Assembly (NCBI GenBank): GCA_910578325.1
Contig: CAJTQT010000001.1
Coordinates: 4,527 to 68,526, forward strand
Source of the DNA: an uncultured Christensenella sp.
GTDB taxonomy: Bacteria; Bacillota; Clostridia; Christensenellales; CAG-917
Reading direction: 5' to 3'
Length of the DNA stretch: 64,000 nt
Made by a program: the position numbers and the translations under genes. Below the pieces are notes generated by a model that searched no databases, had not been told where the DNA came from, and worked only from the letters and a program-made list of their open reading frames with translations. Below are positions 27,417 to 36,844 of this stretch, one piece after another. How positions within the stretch are numbered: the first letter of the stretch is position 1; each line of letters begins with the position of its first letter.

Positions 27417-27486
27417 ATCTATATTTAAATCAGATGTACGTTCAATCAGAGGTTGCCGACTATCCCCTGATAAGGTTTAAGGTGCT

Positions 27487-29001
27487 ATGAACAATAAAAA
27501 GATTATAATTTTTGATACCACCCTTCGCGACGGAGAACAATCTCCCGGATGCAGTATGCACATCGGCGAAAAACTCGACGTGGCGGAAGCGCTCGAATCT
27601 CTCGGAGTGGACGTAATCGAAGCGGGATTTCCCGCGGCGAGCGAAGGAGAGTTCAAAGCCGTGCAGGCAATTGCCGCAACCTGCAAGCGCAGCGCGGTAG
27701 CGGGGCTTTGCAGATGCAGGAAAACGGATATAAACAAAACCTACGAAGCGATTAAAAACGCTGTTCATCCGCGCATACACATCTTTATCGCCACATCCCC
27801 CGTACACCTTGAACGCAAATTGAAAATATCCGAATCGGAGTGTCTTGATATAATAGACGAATATACTCGCTATGCCCGCACGCTCGTAAGCGACGTGGAA
27901 TTCAGTTTCGAAGACGCTTCCCGTACGCCCGTCGAGTTTCTTACAAAAGCCACTCAAACCGCTGTCGACGCAGGCGCGACCACGGTAAATCTGCCGGACA
28001 CCACGGGCTACGCTACCCCGCAGGAAATATTCGGTATGATTACGCATATACGCAAAAACGTACGCGGTATCGACGGCGTGGTTTTATCGATGCACTGTCA
28101 CAACGACCTCGGAATGGCGGTTGCAAATTCACTCGCGGGCGTAAGCGCAGGCGCGCGTCAAATCGAATGCACTGTCAACGGCATAGGCGAGCGCGCAGGC
28201 AACGCGCCGCTCGAAGAAATCGTTATGGCGATAAAAACGCGGGAAAACTTTTTCAACGCGCGCACGGACATAAAGACATCTCTGCTGTATCGCACTTCAA
28301 AACTGGTTTCCAACATCGTCGGCGTAAAACTTCCCCCAAACAAAGCGGTGGTCGGAGCAAACGCTTTCGTACACGAATCCGGCATTCACCAGCACGGAAT
28401 ACTTCAAGACAAAGCGACGTATGAAATCATAAATCCCGAAGACGTCGGCATTCCCAAAAACACTCTTCTTCTGGGCAAACACAGCGGAAAGCACGCGTTT
28501 AAAGAGTTGATAACCGAAATGGGTTACACCCTCAACGACAGTCAGATCGACGACGTATTCCCCTCCTATAAAGCGCTTGCGGAGCGAAAAAAATCCCTGT
28601 CGCGCATTGACATCGACGCTCTTTTGAACGGCTACACGCGCAGAATAGTCAAACGTATTTATAAACTGAAAGAATACGATATCTCCACCTATAACAACAG
28701 CGCGGCGGCAACCGTTACGTTGGAATCCGACGGCAAACTCACCTCGGACAAGATGAGCGGCAACGGTCCTATCGACGCGGGATTTAAAGCGATAAGCGCG
28801 GCAACGGGACAGAACTTTAAACTCATCGACTATCAGGTGCACTCCGTTACGGGCGGAAAAGACGCGCTCGGCGACGCCACCGTCAAACTCGCACACGGAG
28901 ATATCCAGACAACCGGACAGGGCATTTCCACCGACGTGCTCGAAGCGTCGCTTTTAGCATATCTTGACGCAACAAACAAACTTCTGCAATACGAACAGTA
29001 A
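27487..29001 (+). CDS. leuA: 2-isopropylmalate synthase
   Basis: IFDTTLRDGEQSPG, HCHNDLGMAVANSLA and the C-terminal LeuA-dimer regulatory domain are present. 504 aa. Confidence 0.9.
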   Translation: MNNKKIIIFDTTLRDGEQSPGCSMHIGEKLDVAEALESLGVDVIEAGFPAASEGEFKAVQAIAATCKRSAVAGLCRCRKTDINKTYEAIKNAVHPRIHIFIATSPVHLERKLKISESECLDIIDEYTRYARTLVSDVEFSFEDASRTPVEFLTKATQTAVDAGATTVNLPDTTGYATPQEIFGMITHIRKNVRGIDGVVLSMHCHNDLGMAVANSLAGVSAGARQIECTVNGIGERAGNAPLEEIVMAIKTRENFFNARTDIKTSLLYRTSKLVSNIVGVKLPPNKAVVGANAFVHESGIHQHGILQDKATYEIINPEDVGIPKNTLLLGKHSGKHAFKELITEMGYTLNDSQIDDVFPSYKALAERKKSLSRIDIDALLNGYTRRIVKRIYKLKEYDISTYNNSAAATVTLESDGKLTSDKMSGNGPIDAGFKAISAATGQNFKLIDYQVHSVTGGKDALGDATVKLAHGDIQTTGQGISTDVLEASLLAYLDATNKLLQYEQ

Positions 29002-29079
29002 TCTTATCAAGTCAAAAACGACGTCGATAAAATCGCCGTAATTGACGAAACAAGCAGTTTATTTACATAAAACAAGCCT

Positions 29080-30633
29080 ATGAAATCTAAGATCGAACTT
29101 TTAGACACAACGTTACGCGACGGAGCGCAGGCGGTCGGAATCAGTTTTTCCGACTGCGACAAGTCCTGCATTCTATCCTTACTCGACAGCATCGGCATAA
29201 ATCTTATTGAAAGCGGAGTATCGAATCCGAAAGATCGCGAATTTCTGTCTAATACGAAAAATGCGAAACTTGTGTCGTTCGGGGCGACCTGCCGCAAGGA
29301 CTTTGTTCCTGCGCAAGACGAGGGGCTTAATTCGCTTGTAAATGCCGAAACGAGCACAGTATGCATATTCGGAAAATCCTGCGCCGAACAGGCTCGGCGC
29401 GTACTGGGCGTATCTGCCGAGCGCAATCTGCAAATTATACGGCAATCAGTGGAATATCTGAAATCAAAAGGCAAACGCGTTATTTTCGATGCGGAACACT
29501 TTTTCGACGCATATTTTCAGGATAGGCATTACGCTCTTTCGGCACTGCGCGCCGCGTTTGAATCTGGCGCGGACACGCTTGTGCTTTGCGACACCAACGG
29601 GGGCACTCTGCCGCAGCGCGTTTACGACGCAACTAAGGAAACGGTATGCGAATTTGCAAATTCTCCTCACTCCCCCGTTATCGGAATACACGCGCACAAC
29701 GACTGCGCGATGGCAGTCGCCTGCACGCTTGCGGCAGTCGACGCAGGCGCAAGACACGTTCAGGGCACCTTCCTCGGTTTCGGCGAAAGGTGCGGAAACG
29801 CAAACCTCTCTTCCGTCATAGCCAACCTGCATTTCAAGACAGAGTTCGAAACGGACTGCGACGTGAAAAATCTTACGGCGGCAGCACGCAAAATCGCTGA
29901 AATCTGCAATGTAAAACTTCCCGAAGATATGCCCTACGTTGGCGCGGCGGCTTTTGCCCATAAAGCGGGAATGCACGTCGACGCCGTTCTCAAAGACGAA
30001 CGGAGTTTCGAGCATATTCCCCCGTCGCAGGTGGGCAACGAACACCGATTGATTCTGAGCGAAGTATCGGGCAAAAGCGCGGTATCCGAAAAGTTGCAAA
30101 GCCTGTTTCCTCATATTGAGAGACAGCATCCGAAGACGAAAGAAATCCTCAATGAAATCAAAAATTTAGAAAAGGACGGATTCCAGTTCGATACGGCGGA
30201 CGCAAGTTTTGCACTGCTCGCCGAAAGGATACTCGAAGTGTATCAACCCTCTTTCAAACTCGTGCGGTATTCCATTCACGCAAGTCAACCGGACGGCACA
30301 AGCACCGCGGAAGTTTGCATAGACGTCGACGGAGTTGTCACATCTGTCACAGAAAACGGCAACGGTCCCGTTAACGCGCTGGATAAGGCTTTGCGCGGCG
30401 CGCTTATAAAACACTATCCGCAGATTGCAGATATGTGTCTGGAAGATTATAAAGTCCGAGTCGTCGACTTCGCCGCAGCAACGGGCGCAATGGTAAGAGT
30501 CCTCATAACCTCCTCCGACGGCAAAGACAGTTGGACTACGGTCGGCGTATCGCGGGATATAATAGAGGCAAGTTGGTTTGCGCTGCGCGACAGTTTCGAA
30601 TACAAACTGACGGGAAGAAGAAAGTTCCTTTAA
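29080..30633 (+). CDS. cimA: (R)-citramalate synthase-like DRE-TIM synthase
   Basis: LLDTTLRDGAQAVGISFS, IHAHNDCAMAVACTLA and a C-terminal LeuA-dimer domain are present. The 517-aa length and N-terminus are typical of CimA. Specificity is not provable from sequence alone. Confidence 0.75.
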   Translation: MKSKIELLDTTLRDGAQAVGISFSDCDKSCILSLLDSIGINLIESGVSNPKDREFLSNTKNAKLVSFGATCRKDFVPAQDEGLNSLVNAETSTVCIFGKSCAEQARRVLGVSAERNLQIIRQSVEYLKSKGKRVIFDAEHFFDAYFQDRHYALSALRAAFESGADTLVLCDTNGGTLPQRVYDATKETVCEFANSPHSPVIGIHAHNDCAMAVACTLAAVDAGARHVQGTFLGFGERCGNANLSSVIANLHFKTEFETDCDVKNLTAAARKIAEICNVKLPEDMPYVGAAAFAHKAGMHVDAVLKDERSFEHIPPSQVGNEHRLILSEVSGKSAVSEKLQSLFPHIERQHPKTKEILNEIKNLEKDGFQFDTADASFALLAERILEVYQPSFKLVRYSIHASQPDGTSTAEVCIDVDGVVTSVTENGNGPVNALDKALRGALIKHYPQIADMCLEDYKVRVVDFAAATGAMVRVLITSSDGKDSWTTVGVSRDIIEASWFALRDSFEYKLTGRRKFL

Positions 30634-30681
30634 AACAAATAAAATTAAACGAAGCGGCTAATTATGCCGCAAGGCTGAGAT

Positions 30682-31686
30682 ATGAAAACCGATTATAAAA
30701 TTCTTACACTCTGCGACGGAGCCGCGTCGGCGGAAACGATAGACTGCGCTAAACGTATACTCTGCTCCGTTGCGGCAAAGTCGCACGCAGAATTCACATT
30801 TGACGACTGCTCCCTGTCCGACATCTGCACGGAATCGGAAACGGACGCGCTCGAAAAAGCCAAACGCGCGCACGCCGTTTTATACGCGGCAACCGACGAT
30901 TCGCGCCAAAAAACGGCGTTGACACTGCTACGCAAATCCTTAGGTCTTTATGCCGAAACCCGCCGATATAATTCCGCAGTCGCAACGTCAACGTATTCCG
31001 CATCGAATGCCGATTCTAAAAAAGAATTCGATTTTATCACGGTATGCGACGCCGCGAGCGGAATCTGTTTCGGGGAACAGGGATATTCAAACAATCCCTC
31101 TTTCGGGCGGGAAGCGTATGACGTAGAAAGATACAGCGAACTCGAAATCGAACGCGTCGCACGCGTCGCATACGAACTTGCAGACCGCCGCCATAGAATT
31201 CTGACGCTTGCCGATAAAGCGGATTCGATGACGACCTCCAAACTGTGGCGCAAAATCGTCACGGATATAAACGAAGACTATCCTTACGTGCGCGTAGACG
31301 CTTTATCAACAGGCGAAGCGGCGGCAAAAATAGTTTCGGAGCCCTACTCGCAGGACGTAATTCTGACGTCGAATCTTTTCGGGAGCATTCTGAACGGAAT
31401 GTGCTCGGCGCTTGCCGATTCAGACAGCGTCGCTCAATCGTCTTTCGGAGAAACGGCGCTCGGAATTTACGGAGTGCAAACCGAGGGCGGCTCTATCTAT
31501 AACAACGGAGAAACTAATCCCTGCGGAATGATACTCGCCTGCGCGGATATGCTTAAAAACTCCTTCGACTTACAAACCGAAGCCGATATAATTGAAAAAG
31601 CGACAATCCGAACTATGTCGCAAATAAGGTCTTCCGGCAGTCTCCCGACAGCAGCGGTTTTGGAAGAAATCATAAAAGAGTTGTAA
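30682..31686 (+). CDS. Isocitrate/isopropylmalate dehydrogenase-family protein with degenerate catalytic motifs
   Basis: The length (334 aa) and the order of family blocks (DKA.., NLFG.IL.., ..NP.G.ILA.A.ML) fit LeuB. Several invariant residues appear substituted, as described in the findings. Confidence 0.65.
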   Translation: MKTDYKILTLCDGAASAETIDCAKRILCSVAAKSHAEFTFDDCSLSDICTESETDALEKAKRAHAVLYAATDDSRQKTALTLLRKSLGLYAETRRYNSAVATSTYSASNADSKKEFDFITVCDAASGICFGEQGYSNNPSFGREAYDVERYSELEIERVARVAYELADRRHRILTLADKADSMTTSKLWRKIVTDINEDYPYVRVDALSTGEAAAKIVSEPYSQDVILTSNLFGSILNGMCSALADSDSVAQSSFGETALGIYGVQTEGGSIYNNGETNPCGMILACADMLKNSFDLQTEADIIEKATIRTMSQIRSSGSLPTAAVLEEIIKEL

Positions 31687-31710
31687 AACACAACTCTATA
31701 ATAATGATTA

Positions 31711-31733
31711 AAAGCACGCAACTGCGTGCTTTT
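31711..31733. terminator. Bidirectional terminator between the leuB-like and ACP genes
   Basis: AAAGCACGC-AACT-GCGTGCTTT with A/T runs on both sides. Confidence 0.75.
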
Positions 31734-31789
31734 AAATTCCCCGCGAAAATCCGCGGCAAATAAAAGTTGTTATTTAACTCGAATACAAA

Positions 31790-32020
31790 TCATTTCGTTC
31801 TGGCTTCTATATAATCCGCCACGCTTTGCACTGTGGAAAATTTAAGCATATCTTCGTCGTCGATAACAAGTCCCCACTCCTCTTCGACGGTCATAAGCAT
31901 TTCCACAATATCGAGACTGTCCGCGCCGATATCTTCTTTGATTCTGCTATCCGCCTTTACCTCGCATTCTTCAATGCACATCTGCTCGGCAATAAGTTGC
32001 CTGACTCTGTCTAAAACCAT
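31790..32020 (-). CDS. Acyl carrier protein
   Basis: 76 aa. DIGADSLDIVEMLMTVEEEWG contains the phosphopantetheine-attachment DSL motif. Confidence 0.85.
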   Translation of the reverse strand: MVLDRVRQLIAEQMCIEECEVKADSRIKEDIGADSLDIVEMLMTVEEEWGLVIDDEDMLKFSTVQSVADYIEARTK

Positions 32021-32109
32021 AACTCACCTCTGAATTTTTTTCTTGCCGCCACCGAGCGGACATTGCCCCTCTGTGCGGGAATATTATTATACCGCCTCTT
32101 TGCGCGTCA

Positions 32110-32595
32110 TCAAATTACGTCCGCACTGTTTATGTCGTACGCTCTGATATTCTGCTCCTCCGCGCAAACGCAGGCGTGATAATCTCCGTATACAGGAAAG
32201 TGTTCGAAATGCGCGTCCTTAGGTATCTCGCACCTAAGCGCACCCAGTCCTTCACCCGTAAATTTAAGATAACTCTCTCTTTCCGTCCACTTCTCGAAAA
32301 ACTCTTCCTCGTCCTGCGCTTCGATAAAACCGAATTTAGCAAAGTCTATTGGACGCACCTTTTCGATATCCACCCCTATCGGCGAGTGGGATATGCCGAG
32401 CATAACCGCGCCGTAAGAATGCGACAGATTGAAATATACCGAATCCGTATCCAGACGGGGCTTTTGTCCCTCTTCCCGAATCACGCTTACTTTTTTAGGC
32501 AGGTCTTCGTCGCCGATAATATCGCGATAGTAGTTATAACAATATCCGACAAACTTATCGCTGTCAACCTCGCCTCTGGTAAAAAACAGTATCAT
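32110..32595 (-). CDS. Short Sfp-type 4'-phosphopantetheinyl transferase
   Basis: Motifs KPRL, FNLSHS, GVDIEKV and WTERESYLKFTGEG are present. At only 161 aa it is shorter than typical Sfp enzymes. Confidence 0.75.
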   Translation of the reverse strand: MILFFTRGEVDSDKFVGYCYNYYRDIIGDEDLPKKVSVIREEGQKPRLDTDSVYFNLSHSYGAVMLGISHSPIGVDIEKVRPIDFAKFGFIEAQDEEEFFEKWTERESYLKFTGEGLGALRCEIPKDAHFEHFPVYGDYHACVCAEEQNIRAYDINSADVI

Positions 32596-32597
32596 CG

Positions 32598-34121
32598 TTA
32601 TCTCATTCTCCCGTACGTGCTGTTGAGGTCGAGGAAGTAGTTTCTGTCAACGGTTGTCATAAGATGATACGGCAATCTGTACGTCCAGTTGCCCTCCGCA
32701 ACGCCCGGAATATTCATTCTGGTATCGCCGCCGTAGCCGAGCAAGTCCTGATAAGGTATCACGGCAAGCGTTGACGACGACATCATTATCGTCTTAACAA
32801 TCGCCTTTGTAGAACCGCATTCGGGACCGCCGGCTCCCCAGCCTGCGCCCTTGAATCCGCAGTATTTGAGAACGTAATCCCTTGCGCCCTCGTTGAGTTC
32901 ATACAGCCAACCGAGCGTAGTGTTGTTGTCGTGCGTACCCGTATACGCAACAGTGTTAACGTCATAGCGGTACGGAAGATGCGCGCTCGGAGTACCGTCG
33001 AAGCCGAACTGAAATACTCGCATAGTCGGTATGCCGGTAGAGTCGATATACTCTCTGCACTCCGCGTCGATGAGCCCGAGGTCCTCCGCAATAAAGAGCG
33101 CGTCTTTGTTGTCCGCATAAACCAAATCGAGAAGGCTGTCGGCAGGTCCCTTTTCCCAGTGCCCGTTTTCTGCCGTATTGTAGTCTCTGGCAGGAATTGA
33201 GAAATAATTGTAGAACGCGCGGAAATGGTCTAATCTTAGCGCGTCGTACATTTTCAGACAGTGGGAGATTCGGTTGCGCCACCAGCGATAACCGTCTTTT
33301 TTCATATTTCCGAAATTGTACAGACAGTTTCCCCACACCTGACCCGTCTTTGAAAACGCGTCCGGCGGAACTCCCGCTATCGCCTTTGGCAACAGATTTT
33401 CATCAAGTTCGAAAGCCTCGGGATGCGCCCATACGTCCACGCTGTCGGTTGCGACGTAGAATGGTAAATCTCCTATAATTTTTATGCCGCGGGTATTAAC
33501 CCGTTCTTTAAGGGCGTTCCACTCCCTGAAAAATTCAAACTGTTCGAACACATAAAAATCGATATCGCTTTTATACTCTTCACGCGCTTTACGCATTGCC
33601 TCGGGACGGCGGAATTTAAGCCCGTCTTCCCACTTCCACCAGGATGTAGACCGCTCGTCGGCAAGAGCCATAAACAGCGCGTAGTCTTCAATCCATTGCG
33701 ATTGTTCTTTGCGGAAATCTGCAATCTTTTGCGCAATTTCAGGGTTTATACGTTCAAACGCAATACGTAAAAACCTTTCCGTGTTAAGTCTGGCAAAATC
33801 GTAATCTGTGCGGTACGGCTCCCCGTGATACTTTGAAGCGTTTACTTCATCGCTTGTAAGCAGACCGATTTTTTCAAGTTCGGCAGGACAAATATACAGC
33901 CTGTTACCCGCATAAGTTGACAGCCCCGAATACGGAGAATTCCCGCATCCTATGGTAGTGATCGGCAGTATCTGCCACCATCCGAACCCCATATCCGCCG
34001 CCATATCCGCAAACGCATCCGCGTCCGCAGAAAAGCAACCGATCCCGTACTCTCCGGATAACGACGACACGTTTAGCAGTATCCCAGACGCTCTGTCGAA
34101 TTTTCTGAACTTCTTTTGCAT
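32598..34121 (-). CDS. malQ: 4-alpha-glucanotransferase (amylomaltase, GH77)
   Basis: RASGILLNVSSLSGEYGIG, LRLDHFRAF, IAEDLG and YTGTHDNNT are GH77 signature blocks. Confidence 0.9.
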   Translation of the reverse strand: MQKKFRKFDRASGILLNVSSLSGEYGIGCFSADADAFADMAADMGFGWWQILPITTIGCGNSPYSGLSTYAGNRLYICPAELEKIGLLTSDEVNASKYHGEPYRTDYDFARLNTERFLRIAFERINPEIAQKIADFRKEQSQWIEDYALFMALADERSTSWWKWEDGLKFRRPEAMRKAREEYKSDIDFYVFEQFEFFREWNALKERVNTRGIKIIGDLPFYVATDSVDVWAHPEAFELDENLLPKAIAGVPPDAFSKTGQVWGNCLYNFGNMKKDGYRWWRNRISHCLKMYDALRLDHFRAFYNYFSIPARDYNTAENGHWEKGPADSLLDLVYADNKDALFIAEDLGLIDAECREYIDSTGIPTMRVFQFGFDGTPSAHLPYRYDVNTVAYTGTHDNNTTLGWLYELNEGARDYVLKYCGFKGAGWGAGGPECGSTKAIVKTIMMSSSTLAVIPYQDLLGYGGDTRMNIPGVAEGNWTYRLPYHLMTTVDRNYFLDLNSTYGRMR

Positions 34122-34122
34122 A

Positions 34123-35388
34123 TTATTCCTCTATTCTTATGATTGCGGCGACGCGGTCTACTCCCGAAAGTTGTTCGGCTTCGCCTATTGCTTTGCGTAC
34201 AACGCTTTCCTTGACTTCGTGTGTGACGAACACGAGAGTGTCCTCGCTCTTTTGCAATACGCTTTTGAGCGACACGTTGTTTTTTCTCATCGCTCCCGCT
34301 ACTTTTTCAAGCGTTCCGCAATCCGATTTCACGTCGAAACGCAGATAGTATTCAGAAGAAAAATCCTCCGTAAATTCTGCCGGTTCACCGTCGGTTTCAA
34401 AATCAAACCGTCTGTGCTCGCACTGTCTTGCGGCAAATACGATATCGCTGACTATCGCGCTTCCCGTAGGCAACGCCCCCGCACCTCTGCCGTAAAACAT
34501 AACGTCGTCCACACTGTCGCCCTGCAAAAACAACGCGTTGAACGAGCCTTTAACAAACGACAGCGGATGAGAATCCGGCAGGAATGCGGGATGTACTCTC
34601 GCCTCGATTTTGCCGTCCCTGAGTTTGGATACGGCAAGCAGTTTAAGCGTATATCCCAGTTCCTTTCCGTACGCTATATCCTTGACGTCAACGTCCTTGA
34701 TGCCTTCGCGATATATTCTGTCGACAGGCACCCGCCTGCGATATGCGAGCGAACTGAGAATGCTGTTTTTATACGTCGCGTCGTATCCCTCTACGTCTGC
34801 CGTCGGATCAGCCTCGGCGTAACCGAGTTTCTGCGCCTCTTTAAGACAGGTTGCATAATCCGCGCCTTCGTCGCTCATTTTTGTGAGAATATAATTAGTA
34901 GTTCCGTTGACAATGCCTTTCAACGATAAAACGCGGTTTGCCTGCATACTGTCGGTAATCGCCCTTATGACGGGCACTCCGCCCACGCAACTGGCCTCGA
35001 AATACAGTCCGCCGCCGCCTTGTTTTGCGGCTTGTTCGAGTTCGCTCCAACATTTGGAAAACATTTCTTTGTTTGCAGTGACGATACTTTTGCCAGCAAG
35101 AAGAGCCTTGATAAGAAAAGTCTTCGCAGGTTCGACCCCGCCGAAAAACTCGGCTACTATATCGACTTTCGGATTGTTTATGATTTCATCGATGCCGCCC
35201 GCAACAAGAGCCCCGTCTATGCCGAGTTCCCGTACTCTGTCCGCATTTCGTTCGAGCACGCTCACGACCTGAATATCGACTCCGTCGTTGCGCATTATCA
35301 TCTCGCGCTTATCACGCAATATTTGATACGTTCCGCCGCCCACGACTCCCAGTCCGAGCAACGCTACGCCCGCTTTTTTTATTTGCAT
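34123..35388 (-). CDS. hom: Homoserine dehydrogenase with C-terminal ACT domain
   Basis: GLLGLGVVGGG Rossmann motif, NKE...EASVGGGIP-like block (YFEASCVGGVPVI), and an ACT-like C-terminus. Confidence 0.9.
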   Translation of the reverse strand: MQIKKAGVALLGLGVVGGGTYQILRDKREMIMRNDGVDIQVVSVLERNADRVRELGIDGALVAGGIDEIINNPKVDIVAEFFGGVEPAKTFLIKALLAGKSIVTANKEMFSKCWSELEQAAKQGGGGLYFEASCVGGVPVIRAITDSMQANRVLSLKGIVNGTTNYILTKMSDEGADYATCLKEAQKLGYAEADPTADVEGYDATYKNSILSSLAYRRRVPVDRIYREGIKDVDVKDIAYGKELGYTLKLLAVSKLRDGKIEARVHPAFLPDSHPLSFVKGSFNALFLQGDSVDDVMFYGRGAGALPTGSAIVSDIVFAARQCEHRRFDFETDGEPAEFTEDFSSEYYLRFDVKSDCGTLEKVAGAMRKNNVSLKSVLQKSEDTLVFVTHEVKESVVRKAIGEAEQLSGVDRVAAIIRIEE

Positions 35389-35413
35389 ATTATCTCCCTT
35401 GTGCGCGATGCCT

Positions 35414-36184
35414 TCATTTGTTCGCGTCGTATATAAATCTCAGTCCTTTGAGCGCGAGCGCCCTGTCCACGACGTCGAACAATTTAGGCTCCGTCGCCGC
35501 GACAATTTCGCTCAGTCCGCCAGTGGCAATCACTTTCGCGCCGCTCATACGCGGCAGTTGTTTATACTTTTCCACCATATATTTTACGAGTCCGCTATAA
35601 CCGAATATGATCCCGCTCTGCATACATGCCCGCGTATTCGTTCCGACAACGTCCTCCGGCGGAGTAAGTTCGATACGCGGAAGTTTTGCCGTCGAAGTTA
35701 CAAGCGATTCGGTTGCAGTCATAATGCCGGGTGCAATCGCGCCGCCTATAAATTCGCCGTTTCCCGTAACCAGATTGAACGTAGTTGCCGAGCCGAAATC
35801 TATCTCTATGACAGGGCCTCCGTAAAAGTGATACGCGGCGGCCGCGCCGACGATTCTGTCCGCCCCGAGTTCGGAAGGATGATCGTATCCGAGCGTGATG
35901 CCCGTGTTGAGCGTATGCGTCACGCAGAGCGGTTTTCTGCCTATGTAATACTGGCACATATGCTCTATTGTATAGTTGAGCGCAGGCGCAACAGACGACA
36001 GCACCGCGTCGGTTATATCCTCGAACTTCGCGCCTCTCTGTTTGAGCAAATCGTAGAGAACCATTCCGTATTCGTCGGCAGTACGGTACGCTTTTGTAGA
36101 CATACGCCAGGACGCGACGACCTTATCATTGTCAAACACGCCGATTTTCACGTTTGTATTTCCGATATCCATAGCAAGCAACAT
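35414..36184 (-). CDS. coaX: Type III pantothenate kinase
   Basis: MLLAMDIGNTNVKIGVF, DFGSATTF and ATGGLS motifs are present. I chose the ATG at 36184 behind AGGAGA. The track ORF extends to 36211. Confidence 0.85.
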   Translation of the reverse strand: MLLAMDIGNTNVKIGVFDNDKVVASWRMSTKAYRTADEYGMVLYDLLKQRGAKFEDITDAVLSSVAPALNYTIEHMCQYYIGRKPLCVTHTLNTGITLGYDHPSELGADRIVGAAAAYHFYGGPVIEIDFGSATTFNLVTGNGEFIGGAIAPGIMTATESLVTSTAKLPRIELTPPEDVVGTNTRACMQSGIIFGYSGLVKYMVEKYKQLPRMSGAKVIATGGLSEIVAATEPKLFDVVDRALALKGLRFIYDANK

Positions 36185-36274
36185 AAGTTTCTCCTGCGCG
36201 CGTAGGCGCATATTATACAGATAAAATTAGTATATCAAAAATATTCTCTTTTATCAAGCGCGTATTTGACTGAA

Positions 36275-36739
36275 TCAGTTGTTCATCGCAATGCTCATAA
36301 TGCATAAAAAACAGTATACGTAAAACAAAAACGCCGGCAGGAATTCTACGGCAATTTTGACGTCTTTGAGCAGAAACCGCACAAAAAGCGTGTACGCCAT
36401 TGCCAGCGACAGCGTGATAAACACAAGCCCCGCGATTATGTTTTTAAAGTAGAAGAAACTCATTACGAACATCACGCTGCAAAAGCCCAGTATCGCAAAA
36501 AATATCATCGACGGAAATATGTGTTTAAACTCCACGAGTCTGCTTATTGCCAGAATAGATGAAAGATAACTCGCCGCTACGAATACGGTAAACCAGCCGC
36601 CGCTCACTAAAAATATCGGTTTGTTGAGTTCGACGTACCACTTTAAGTCGAGTTTGAAGAAATAGGAACACAGTCCCGCAACTATCAAAGTGCAGAACAA
36701 AGCCGCCACTATTCCCAACATACGTTTCAAGTACTCCAC
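36275..36739 (-). CDS. tspO: TspO/MBR-like five-TM membrane protein
   Basis: 154 aa with 5 hydrophobic helices. The WYVELNKP motif is in the position of the TspO WYxxLxKP block. The remainder is divergent. Confidence 0.5.
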   Translation of the reverse strand: MEYLKRMLGIVAALFCTLIVAGLCSYFFKLDLKWYVELNKPIFLVSGGWFTVFVAASYLSSILAISRLVEFKHIFPSMIFFAILGFCSVMFVMSFFYFKNIIAGLVFITLSLAMAYTLFVRFLLKDVKIAVEFLPAFLFYVYCFLCIMSIAMNN

Positions 36740-36844
36740 GCAATAATATATTGAAGATTATTATTTTCAATGCTTAGGAACACATTTTTTTAAATAAGCG
36801 TAAGGTAATGTAGGAGAAATCCAAAAAACTCGGAGGTACATACT

